From Bdellovibrionota bacterium FG-2 (lineage in GTDB: Bacteria; Bdellovibrionota; UBA1018), in the NCBI GenBank assembly GCA_051382305.1, contig JBBCAV010000411.1:1-15736 (forward strand): a stretch of DNA of 15,736 bases. Reading direction: 5' to 3'. This document shows, one piece after another, positions 1-7,998 of this stretch; the stretch's first letter is position 1, and each line of letters begins with the position of its first letter. The position numbers and the translations under genes are program-made. Under the pieces are notes generated by a model. It worked only from the letters and a program-made list of their open reading frames with translations, had not been told where the DNA came from and did no database searches.

Positions 1-4
1 CACT

Positions 5-1300
5 ATGTCCGATCTCAAAGATGCGTTTATGAACTTTCGGATCGTGGACGAGAACCCTGAAGCGGTTAACGCCAAAGCCACTCTCTTCGGGATGATTTTT
101 GATGACTGCAAGGGCCTGTTTGTCATCGAAAACACCTCCATCAATAAGGGTATCGCGACCGACAACTCCGCCCCCAACGGTGCGTCAATTGGTTTTTCGA
201 TTCGGGACGAAGACGGCAAGGGCCGCGCGTGCATGAAAAAACACCGCGCCACTGGTGACGTTTGTGGCAAAACCGCGCCCCTCACTTGCTCTCGCCTCTC
301 TTTGGCTTACGAAGGTGCTGCCACTTTCGACATGAGCGCACAGGGCGATGGCACCCCTCGCCTCTGCCACCAAGATCCAAACAATGATCTCACTCCCCTG
401 GTTTGCGAAGATTTTAGCCCAGCCCTCCCAAAACACTTGAGCGCCAAAACTATGCTTGAGAACAGAAAGCGGCTCGCAAAACAAAAGCGAGACGCCAAGA
501 TTGCAAGCCTCACCAGTCTCGTAAAGTCTTGCCGAGCCAACCTCGATGAAATCGGGACGGCCCGCGCTTCTCGTGACGAGCTCCTTGGAATGAGCGCGAT
601 CAACGACGACGTACTCAAACAACTCAACAAGGAACTCGATGCGGCTGAAAAAGCGCTTATTGCTGCTAAAAACTCCGCAGACCTTGCTTCACTCACAAGT
701 CGGGTAAAGAAGGCCTCTTTCGGCGATCTCGACGCCTTACGTGAGGACCTGGCTGCTTATGGCGCAGCGAACGCTGACTCGGGCGAGAAACTAGCGCCGC
801 TGTATCGTGAGTTAGCGCTCAAATACATCAATCCCAAGAATCCCGAAGGCCCGTCTTATGAAGCAGCCTCCGCCACGCTTTTTGAAGCCGGATCACTCTC
901 GGGTCTTAAGCCTCAGACTCAATTGCGCCTCGATAATTACCAGCTCGATCTTTCTGTTGGTAAAGTCCAGAGTATGGCGCAGTACGGAATTTCGAACAAC
1001 AACCTATTCTACCCTTCTTACTACTCTTTGATGATGGATCTCCAAAACAAGTCCATGACATCATGTAGCGGCCCTTATGCAAGCCAAGAAGCATGCGCAA
1101 GCTTACAGACGGCAGCGCAGGCGGCTTCCCAAATTCCGGTTCAAGCAACTCAAGTTGAACAACAGCGCCAGCAAACCCAGATGAGAATACAACAACTCAT
1201 GGGCGCGGGTGGAGTGAACATGCCAATGTCTTACAGCGGTGGAATGGCTGGCCCTTCTGCCGGAATGGGCGCGGGACTTGGCTTCATGCCAAGGATCTAG
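5..1300 (+). CDS. Hypothetical protein (>=431 aa), Cys-containing N-terminal region, helical/coiled-coil middle, Gln/Met/Gly-rich tail; possibly 5'-truncated by the window edge
   Basis: Long ORF followed by an intrinsic terminator. The frame is still open upstream (codon 2-4 ACT). No family motif recognised. Confidence 0.75.
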   Translation: MSDLKDAFMNFRIVDENPEAVNAKATLFGMIFDDCKGLFVIENTSINKGIATDNSAPNGASIGFSIRDEDGKGRACMKKHRATGDVCGKTAPLTCSRLSLAYEGAATFDMSAQGDGTPRLCHQDPNNDLTPLVCEDFSPALPKHLSAKTMLENRKRLAKQKRDAKIASLTSLVKSCRANLDEIGTARASRDELLGMSAINDDVLKQLNKELDAAEKALIAAKNSADLASLTSRVKKASFGDLDALREDLAAYGAANADSGEKLAPLYRELALKYINPKNPEGPSYEAASATLFEAGSLSGLKPQTQLRLDNYQLDLSVGKVQSMAQYGISNNNLFYPSYYSLMMDLQNKSMTSCSGPYASQEACASLQTAAQAASQIPVQATQVEQQRQQTQMRIQQLMGAGGVNMPMSYSGGMAGPSAGMGAGLGFMPRI

Positions 1301-1345
1301 ATCGACGCTGATCATAAGATCGCATCGCGTTAAAAATCAATTTTC

Positions 1346-1387
1346 AAAAGCCCTCACCTGATAAAGTTGAGGGCTTTTGTTTTTTTT
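1346..1387 (+). terminator. Rho-independent terminator
   Basis: Perfect 11-bp inverted repeat AAAAGCCCTCA (1346-1356) / TGAGGGCTTTT (1368-1378) followed by a T-run to 1387. Confidence 0.9.
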
Positions 1388-1389
1388 AT

Positions 1390-1419
1390 TTGACGTTCGC
1401 TTTAATCCGAGTTTACTTC
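1390..1419 (+). promoter_or_regulatory. Possible sigma70-type promoter for the cold-shock gene
   Basis: TTGACG at 1390-1395 directly after the terminator. The -10 match is weak (TTTACT/TTACTT around 1412-1418). SD AAGGGGG lies before ATG 1462. Confidence 0.35.
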
Positions 1420-1461
1420 TAGGAAGTTGATTTTGTTTTATCTTTTTAAGGGGGTACTTAG

Positions 1462-1668
1462 ATGGCATCCGGATCAGTGAAATGGTTCAACGATAGTAAA
1501 GGTTATGGTTTTATTCAGGCAGACGGCGTGGAAAGAGAAGTTTTTGTCCACTATACGGCTATTACGGGCGAAGGTTTCAAAACCCTCGCTGAAGGCCAAA
1601 AAGTGGATTTCGAACTGATCGATGGCCCTAAGGGCCCCCAGGCTTCTAATGTCTTGAAGGCAAACTGA
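1462..1668 (+). CDS. cspA: Cold-shock protein (CspA family, 68 aa)
   Basis: VKWFN, RNP1 KGYGFI, RNP2 VFVHY, FKTLxEGQKVxF and GPKGPQAxNV motifs. The exact paralog is not assignable. Confidence 0.97.
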   Translation: MASGSVKWFNDSKGYGFIQADGVEREVFVHYTAITGEGFKTLAEGQKVDFELIDGPKGPQASNVLKAN

Positions 1669-1693
1669 AGCCCATCAGCCAATTGAAATTCTT

Positions 1694-1727
1694 AAAGCAG
1701 GGTGCTTCGGTACCCTGCTTTTTTTTT
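1694..1727 (+). terminator. Rho-independent terminator with C(UUCG)G tetraloop
   Basis: AAAGCAGGGTGC-TTCG-GTACCCTGCTTT followed by a T-run. It lies between the convergent csp and aldehyde dehydrogenase genes. Confidence 0.93.
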
Positions 1728-1753
1728 GCTCGTTCTCTACCCACTTCGTGGGC

Positions 1754-3283
1754 CTAGTTCAGCCCTGGGTATTTCTTAAGTACTGCGGGCGGCTCAGGAA
1801 TCTCAATCGAAGTCACCGGCACCATACAATACATCGCAGAAAAAAGTGCTGTCGCGTAGTGGTTTCCACTCTTCTTGAGTCCGCCAAAAGGCAGCTTCGA
1901 GGAACCCCCGACGGTGGATCGATTCCAATTGATCAGCCCGGTTTCAAGTTCCGAAGCACATTTTTCAAAGATCGCGCGATCCTTCGTAAAGACGCTTGAA
2001 ACAAGACCGTATTGAGTTGCATTGGCCAGCGCGAGTGCATGATCCAGATCTTCAGTAACCAAAACCGCAGCGTTCGGCCCAAAAATCTCCGTCTGTTGAT
2101 AGACGCTCTTTAGGGCTGCCGCCACAGAGCACTCTTCCACCAGACAAATAGAAGGGGTCACATAATTGGAGCCCGAGGCCTTCACCCCTTCAACTTCTAT
2201 GGATTTACCCCGCATGATCACGTCACACTTTTCGCGGGTCGCGATTCCAATAAATTTCATATAGCGATCCACCGCCCCTTGATCAATCATTGGCCCCATA
2301 AAGGGCTGATTCAAGGGATGTCCGATAGTAAACGACTTCGCCCGCTCGTGAAAACGCGCCATGAACTGATCCAACAATTTTTTATGAACAATCACCCGAC
2401 TCGTGGCGGTACAGCGCTGGCCGGCCGTAATAAACGCGCCCACCAAAACCTCCTGAACTGCATACTCGAGATCCGCATCTTCCCAGATAATGGCAGAATT
2501 CTTGCCGCCCATCTGGAGGACTAGAAGCTTCCAGTGCTGTTGTAGGGTTTCTTGTTTGATTCGTGTACCGACTTCAAAAGAGCCAGAAAAGAGCACACCA
2601 GAAACATCTGGATGCGCACACAGCCTGCGTCCTACTTCACGCTCGCCTTGAACTAAATTAAAAACTCCCGACGGAAAACCCGCTTCTTCGAAGCACTCTG
2701 CGATCGCCTGCCCCACGAACGGCGTTTTTTCAGAGGGTTTCAACACAACCGTATTTCCAGACGCAATCGCCGGAATAATGTGGCCAAGCGCAACACTTCC
2801 TGGAAAATTAAAAGGCGTAATAACCGCCAAAACGCCTAACGCGCGGTAGCGGGATACTCCCGAGACTTCCCCTCCTGAAGCTGCAAGGACAATCTCCTTG
2901 GGGGTACGATCCACATCTTCGAGGGCAAAGCTGACTTTCCCTAACATGGATTCAAATTCCGTTTCAGCTTCCCAGAGGGGCTTTCCCGTCTCGCGAGAAA
3001 TCGACTGAACAATGAGCTCCCTCCGCGCCTCAAGCGCGGCGCTAAGGCGTACCAATAAATTCTTACGTTCTGTGGATAGGCTCTTCTTCCACAAGCGGAA
3101 CGCCTCACGCGCACTCAAAACAGCGGCATCAATCTGCCGATAGGAATAGGTAATTTTCGCAATCTCGTCAGCGGGGTCAACGGGGCTGCCGGCAATCCAC
3201 TCTCCACTGATGTCGGAAGAAATATCAAAAACATTTCGCACAAAACTTCCGCGATAATAAAGCTTGTTCCAAGAATGTGTCAT
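1754..3283 (-). CDS. astD: Aldehyde dehydrogenase, N-succinylglutamate 5-semialdehyde dehydrogenase (AstD)-like
   Basis: ETGKPLWEA, PFNFPG, GNTVVLKPSEKTP, FSGS, FITAGQRCT (catalytic Cys), EIFGP and PFGGLKKSGN motifs. Start chosen at 3283 (ATGA overlap with the upstream stop); 3289 is an alternative. The general-base Glu position reads Gln (LQMGGK). Confidence 0.8.
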   Translation of the reverse strand: MTHSWNKLYYRGSFVRNVFDISSDISGEWIAGSPVDPADEIAKITYSYRQIDAAVLSAREAFRLWKKSLSTERKNLLVRLSAALEARRELIVQSISRETGKPLWEAETEFESMLGKVSFALEDVDRTPKEIVLAASGGEVSGVSRYRALGVLAVITPFNFPGSVALGHIIPAIASGNTVVLKPSEKTPFVGQAIAECFEEAGFPSGVFNLVQGEREVGRRLCAHPDVSGVLFSGSFEVGTRIKQETLQQHWKLLVLQMGGKNSAIIWEDADLEYAVQEVLVGAFITAGQRCTATSRVIVHKKLLDQFMARFHERAKSFTIGHPLNQPFMGPMIDQGAVDRYMKFIGIATREKCDVIMRGKSIEVEGVKASGSNYVTPSICLVEECSVAAALKSVYQQTEIFGPNAAVLVTEDLDHALALANATQYGLVSSVFTKDRAIFEKCASELETGLINWNRSTVGGSSKLPFGGLKKSGNHYATALFSAMYCMVPVTSIEIPEPPAVLKKYPGLN

Positions 3284-4797
3284 ATACATGTTTTCTCTAT
3301 GAGTTTTTCGTAAAATAGGACCGCTTTTTCCAGCTCATCAACTAAAACGTACTCATTGGGTCCATGAGCGTTCCCACCGGAAATGCCCGGCCCAAATCCA
3401 ACCGCCTCGTAACCGGCATGAAAAAAGTGAGACGCTTCACTTGATGAAGACTGCTTGTCAAAATGAGGCTCCATTCCTGCAGCGGCCATGGCTTCCCGAC
3501 ACTTACCGATAAGGGGCTGCTCCGCGTTCATTTGAAGACCGGAATTTAGCCGCACCCGCTCAACACCTATGTTGAGACTCGGGTAGCTCGCCGTGAGTTT
3601 TTGAATACCCTTCTGAACCGTTTTTTCCATTTCTTCCGCAAAGGCTCCCGGCAAGAAACGAGCATCAAATTGTAGCTCCAACCGTCCGGGTTTCTGAATT
3701 AGTCTCCCAAAATTCAAAGAAGAATAAGGGGGTCTATAGGCATCGTCTCGAGCCTGGGTTAACTGCTCTGCTGAAACAGTAAAAAACCGGAGAATCTCTA
3801 AGAGGCAAGGAAAAAGGGGGTCTGGAAGAAAACGAATTCCGGTGTCTCCCGCTCCCCCAAATTCAACGCGAAATGACCGTGGAGGAAGTGAAGAGTCAAT
3901 GCCGCTTCCCGCTTCTAAGGGCCCATCTGGTTTTGCAACCTCCCGAAAAAACCGTTTAAAATCTTCAAACTGATGCGAGGTGAGATAAAATTGAATTAAA
4001 GAATGATCAGGAACCTTAGAAACGGTATCGCCACCTTCAAAATAGGTGAACCGAAGATCAAACCCGTTCTCAATCGCGCGATCCACAAAAGAAACTCCTT
4101 CATGAATGGCATTCACTCCTTTTTCTGGGAAAGCCCCATGGGCGGAGCGACCAAAAGTATGGAGATCGATACGGCGATTAAAGCCTCTGGCGTCTCTCTC
4201 AACCTGTTGATAATCAATTGTCAGCTTGAAGGTATTCACCGCTTTATGCTCAAAAACAACTTTGAGCTCTGATGGCTCACCTACAACAACATACCGAGGA
4301 TTCAGATAGTTCGATTTAATGAGATATCTAATTCCGAAACTCCCAAGCTCCTCGCCACAACTCCCCGCTAGATAAATGGGCATCCGCAGTTTCTTTTCTC
4401 GAAACTTGAGGACCGCGCGCAGTTTGCAGAGAAAATCAATTTTGCCATCTGCTGAACCCAGTCCAAAAATTTTCCCGTCGCGGATGACCGCCTGAAAGGG
4501 ATCCCCTCCCGTTTCTGTCCAACTCTGAAGAATTCCAGGACTAACTGTGTCGAGATGGGTTGAGAGCAATAGACCTTTGCGAATTTTCTTATCTACCAGT
4601 GGATCACCCAGAATACCGACTACATTGAACTGCCTTTTCGATACTCCCTCAAAAGAATGGGTAACTTGTTGAACCGTAGAGCGCAGGCCCCGATCGCTCA
4701 TCATCGTAGAGATGAAATTGGCGATTTCCTCATTGCCATCACTACTTACAGAGCGAATCTTGATGAGCTGTTTTGCGTCTTCTAGTAGTATTTTCAT
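3280..4797 (-). CDS. M20 family metallo-amidohydrolase (ArgE/DapE-like), ~505 aa
   Basis: STHLDTV, GLGSADGK, GEELG, VVGEPS, GRSAHG..P..GVNAI and AHGPNE motifs. Start MKILLEDAKQLIKIRSVS at 4797 matches the usual M20 N-terminal helix. Confidence 0.88.
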   Translation of the reverse strand: MKILLEDAKQLIKIRSVSSDGNEEIANFISTMMSDRGLRSTVQQVTHSFEGVSKRQFNVVGILGDPLVDKKIRKGLLLSTHLDTVSPGILQSWTETGGDPFQAVIRDGKIFGLGSADGKIDFLCKLRAVLKFREKKLRMPIYLAGSCGEELGSFGIRYLIKSNYLNPRYVVVGEPSELKVVFEHKAVNTFKLTIDYQQVERDARGFNRRIDLHTFGRSAHGAFPEKGVNAIHEGVSFVDRAIENGFDLRFTYFEGGDTVSKVPDHSLIQFYLTSHQFEDFKRFFREVAKPDGPLEAGSGIDSSLPPRSFRVEFGGAGDTGIRFLPDPLFPCLLEILRFFTVSAEQLTQARDDAYRPPYSSLNFGRLIQKPGRLELQFDARFLPGAFAEEMEKTVQKGIQKLTASYPSLNIGVERVRLNSGLQMNAEQPLIGKCREAMAAAGMEPHFDKQSSSSEASHFFHAGYEAVGFGPGISGGNAHGPNEYVLVDELEKAVLFYEKLIEKTCI

Positions 4798-4872
4798 TTT
4801 TATATGAGATATCACGCGCGTATTTTTGTTGCAAGGAAACCACACCCTTCGCTAACCTACGATGAAACCGCG

Positions 4873-5670
4873 ATGATTAAATTCCTTTCCTTCACCTTTA
4901 TTGTTTTCTGTTTTTTTAGCTTTTCGGGCGTTGCCGCAGACATTCCCCCGGGAACGCCGGTCGGCACCCCAGCTACCCCAGCCGCTCAATGGCAGACGCT
5001 CAAGGATCTTTATGCGGCCGGAAAATTAGATGCCGCCATTACCCTCCTGCAAGAGCGCCCTGAAGAAACGAGTAGCTATTATTATAACCTTGGTACTCTT
5101 TTTCTTCGAACTGAAAAAGTGGGGAAAGCGGTGGCCTACTTAGAAAAAGCCAACCATTTGAAACCCTATGACCCTGCGATCCAGCAGAATCTCTATGCGG
5201 CTCGAGATCGCCTGAGTCAAACACGAGGAGCTGATCAAATTGACCCTGCATCTAACGTAGTCGAGAGGGTTGCTGACCGAATCCTGCTCGATGAACTCAG
5301 GGGAATTCTTGGAATGGTGGGTCTTTGTCTCGTTCTTTTATGGCTTAGGGGTTACCTAAAGACACGCAGCATTCGACGCACATTCTTGACCCCCTCCGGA
5401 TTCGTCGCAAGCCTAGGCATGCTAATAACTCTCGGTCTTTATGCTGCGCAGCGCATCACCGAAAGCCATCCCCCTGCTGTGTGTTTTGAGCAGACCGCAG
5501 TTAGAAGTGGACCCGCCGACTCATTTTTGGAGCTTTCGAAGATCGAAGCGGGAACGAAAGTAAGAAGTCTCGGACCCACTGCAACGACGCTCGAAGACCT
5601 GTGGCGGCAAATAAAATATTCCGATGGCGGAATTGGGTGGGTTCGGGCATCGAACATATTGCTCTTATGA
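4873..5670 (+). CDS. TPR + two transmembrane helices + C-terminal SH3b-like domain protein (BatE-like)
   Basis: Signal peptide MIKFLSFTFIVFCFFSFSGVAA; TPR YYYNLGTLFLR...GKAVAYLEKA..LKPYD.AIQQNL; two hydrophobic segments; VRSGP...GTKV...WRQI..SDG.IGWV tail. Confidence 0.75.
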   Translation: MIKFLSFTFIVFCFFSFSGVAADIPPGTPVGTPATPAAQWQTLKDLYAAGKLDAAITLLQERPEETSSYYYNLGTLFLRTEKVGKAVAYLEKANHLKPYDPAIQQNLYAARDRLSQTRGADQIDPASNVVERVADRILLDELRGILGMVGLCLVLLWLRGYLKTRSIRRTFLTPSGFVASLGMLITLGLYAAQRITESHPPAVCFEQTAVRSGPADSFLELSKIEAGTKVRSLGPTATTLEDLWRQIKYSDGGIGWVRASNILLL

Positions 5671-5693
5671 ATGGCTTGTTCTAGGGTTAGCCT

Positions 5694-6347
5694 ATGTTTT
5701 TTCAGAAGATCGGTTTTATTTTTCCCTTAGTAGCTCTCTCCTTGGCTCTTAACCTTTTAGGCTGCGCCGGAAAGCCCGTAGACGAGAACGATCCAGCGGC
5801 GCTCTTTAAAGAGGCTGAAGAGGAAATCAAAGGGGACCACTATCAGATTGCCATCGAGAAGCTTCGCGTGGTGAAAAACAAGTTCCCTTATTCAAAGTTT
5901 TCCATCGATGCAGAACTTCGTATTGCAGATATCTATTTTTTGCAGGAGTCTTGGGGCGAGTCTGCGGTTTCTTACGAATCCTTTCGCGATCTTCACCCTA
6001 AACACGAGAAAACGGCCTATGCGATGTTTCGGGTCGGAAAATCCTATCTCAATGACGTTCCCGGTAACGTCGCCCGAGACCTCACCTCAGCCCAGAAGGC
6101 CGTGGACGCTTATGGCGAATTCATAAAACGTTTTCCAAACGATGGACAGTTGAAGGAAGCGCAAACAGATGTTTCAACACTTCGAAAGACTTTGGCGGAA
6201 AAAGAGCTTTATATCGGCAACTTTTATTTGAAGCGTGATTTTTTGGACTCGGCTCGACCTCGGTTTAAAAAGATTATCGACCTCTATCCTGAGACCCCAG
6301 CCGCGACTGAGGCCAAAGCAAAAATTGCGAAGATCGACTCCAAATAA
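5694..6347 (+). CDS. bamD: Outer membrane protein assembly factor BamD (lipoprotein)
   Basis: Lipobox LLGC; KFPYSKF, F..LHPKHEK..YA.F, RDLT.A..A...F..RFP and LAEKELYIGNFY.KR motifs typical of BamD/ComL. Confidence 0.92.
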   Translation: MFFQKIGFIFPLVALSLALNLLGCAGKPVDENDPAALFKEAEEEIKGDHYQIAIEKLRVVKNKFPYSKFSIDAELRIADIYFLQESWGESAVSYESFRDLHPKHEKTAYAMFRVGKSYLNDVPGNVARDLTSAQKAVDAYGEFIKRFPNDGQLKEAQTDVSTLRKTLAEKELYIGNFYLKRDFLDSARPRFKKIIDLYPETPAATEAKAKIAKIDSK

Positions 6348-6360
6348 AGGGAATACCTTA

Positions 6361-7083
6361 ATGCCGCGCTCCGGATTCGATCAAGAGATCCAAGACCTGC
6401 TCAATCAGCGACAATTTGATAAAGCAGAAAAGCTTATTCGCGAATGGATTGAACGTGAGCCCGACAGTGCGGATGCGTATTATTTTTTGGGTGTTACCTT
6501 TTACTTTCAAGGCCAACTTGGTCAAACCGTCGAAAATTTAAAAACCGCTCTTTCGCTCGATCCCCACCACACTGATGCAAGCATTTGCCTGTCCGTCCTC
6601 TATAACGATATTGGAAAATACGATGACGCTGGCCGCGTTTTTGATCAGGCCAACCAATCTGTTTTTCAAAAAGAGAGATCGGGGACCGACGAAATCGACA
6701 GAAAGTTTGCCGTCAAACATTTGGAAATCGCCGACCTGTATTATCGATATCGCCGGTTCGATGAGGCCATCGAGGAATACGGTAAGGCCATTTTGTTAGA
6801 TTCGGAAACTCTTGATATTCGCATTCGTCGAGCCAAAGCTTATGCAAAGAAAGGGTTCGTCACTCGCGCCCTTCAAGAACTTCAACAGCTCAAACGGGAA
6901 CATCCCGACTTCTTGCCGGGAAAACTTCAGTTGGGGCTTCTGCATTATAGCCAAGCCAACATCTTAGATGCAGAGCTTGAATGGGAAAGCGTGCTAGAGC
7001 TTGAACCTACAAATCGCGAGGCATCTGCCTATCTGGAATTGGCTCGAAAAAATCGTGTCAAATCCGCGCCTGCAAAAAACTAG
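6361..7083 (+). CDS. Tetratricopeptide repeat protein (240 aa), probably cytoplasmic
   Basis: Several TPR units (ADAYYFLGVTFYFQGQ...ALSLDP; HLEIADLYYRYRRFDEAIEEY.KAI; LQLGLLHYS...VLELEP). SD AAGGG lies before ATG 6361. No signal peptide. Confidence 0.85.
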   Translation: MPRSGFDQEIQDLLNQRQFDKAEKLIREWIEREPDSADAYYFLGVTFYFQGQLGQTVENLKTALSLDPHHTDASICLSVLYNDIGKYDDAGRVFDQANQSVFQKERSGTDEIDRKFAVKHLEIADLYYRYRRFDEAIEEYGKAILLDSETLDIRIRRAKAYAKKGFVTRALQELQQLKREHPDFLPGKLQLGLLHYSQANILDAELEWESVLELEPTNREASAYLELARKNRVKSAPAKN

Positions 7084-7084
7084 A

Positions 7085-7657
7085 CTACCCGTGAAGAGTT
7101 TTCACAGTAAGTGACGGGGGTATGTTTCGAATAGCGACCGGACTCATGATCGGCCCCTGTTCCTGAATTTCGCTCGGAACTGATGGCGCGCGTTTTTGAG
7201 AGTTGATCGTAATTAAATGAGCACGCAGCTCTTTAAACATAGGGTGCTTGATTGTGTATTCATTTTCCTGAAGTACAACCTGTTTTGCGATCTGCTCCTT
7301 CAAGTTAACCACAATCGGGGCCTTTAAGTTCGCAGTCATTTGCGTAATATCTTCTGGAATCGTCAGGATACTAAACACCGCCGACTGATTCACGTTATCT
7401 AATTTCAATTCACGAAGCTCCGCACCTGAAAGGCGTACGGCATAATCCATTCTAAAGAGCTTGGGCTCTAAAACTGGAAAAGCGATCTCTAGGTTTTCTA
7501 AAGATTGGAGCCATAAGATCAACGTTTCATCGCCTGGATCAACCAGCGCAAAACGTGTGTACTCAGGAAAACCAAATACCCCCTGAGGAATCTGAATTAA
7601 CTCTTCGTCACCGATGGTGAGCTGTCCAAAACGTCCTGTTTTAATGATCACGCTCAT
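7085..7657 (-). CDS. fliW: Flagellar assembly factor / CsrA antagonist FliW, with C-terminal extension
   Basis: TGRFG, GVFGFPE, WLQS, ILTIP...MTANLKAPIVVN and QVVL...Y..KHP motifs; adjacent to csrA. Confidence 0.95.
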   Translation of the reverse strand: MSVIIKTGRFGQLTIGDEELIQIPQGVFGFPEYTRFALVDPGDETLILWLQSLENLEIAFPVLEPKLFRMDYAVRLSGAELRELKLDNVNQSAVFSILTIPEDITQMTANLKAPIVVNLKEQIAKQVVLQENEYTIKHPMFKELRAHLITINSQKRAPSVPSEIQEQGPIMSPVAIRNIPPSLTVKTLHG

Positions 7658-7699
7658 GTCCCCTTTGTTAGATGGTTGATAAAATACACTTCCATCCGT

Positions 7700-7921
7700 T
7701 CATGCTTTCAACACCTTTGAAACCTGCACCATGTTCACCGCCTTAACTGCTTCCTTGTTCTGATCTTGGATTGCAGTATAGACTTCTTCACGATGAATTT
7801 TCGTCTCTTTGGGCGCTTGAATGCCTAGCCTCACCTGTTTACCTTTGATCTGCACCACCACAATTTTAATGTGGTCGTCGATCGCAATGCTTTCCCCGAG
7901 CTTTCGGGTTAGTACTAACAT
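7700..7921 (-). CDS. csrA: Carbon storage regulator CsrA, FliW-responsive type
   Basis: MLVLTRKLGESIAI...VRLGIQAP..IHREEVY. R44 and N55 are present, with a C-terminal helix as in B. subtilis CsrA. Confidence 0.97.
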   Translation of the reverse strand: MLVLTRKLGESIAIDDHIKIVVVQIKGKQVRLGIQAPKETKIHREEVYTAIQDQNKEAVKAVNMVQVSKVLKA

Positions 7922-7922
7922 A

Positions 7923-7936
7923 AGATCTCCATATCT
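7923..7936 (-). promoter_or_regulatory. Putative CsrA site: ANGGAN hexaloop hairpin over the csrA SD
   Basis: mRNA reads AGAT-ATGGAG-ATCT-T-ATG. A second AGGGA lies at 7952-7956. Confidence 0.5.
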
Positions 7937-7998
7937 GCCTAAAGCAAGTATTCCCTCACGGTTGAACGTTTATTCTAACGCCCCGCCACTTGCAACTG

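Noticed and set aside
1740-1752. Small hairpin CCCAC-TTC-GTGGG right after the aldehyde dehydrogenase stop
   Set aside because: Only 5 bp and no U-tract on the minus strand, so not supportable as a terminator.
4798-4872. ORF-track extensions making the M20 gene and BatE-like gene overlap head-to-head
   Set aside because: Downstream ATGs (4797 and 4873) give a proper M20 N-terminus and a signal peptide.
6235-6360. Upstream extension of the TPR ORF into bamD
   Set aside because: Out-of-frame overlap with bamD; an SD supports ATG 6361.
7972-7995. TTGCAA and TAGAAT as an internal csrA promoter
   Set aside because: Spacing is only 12 nt.
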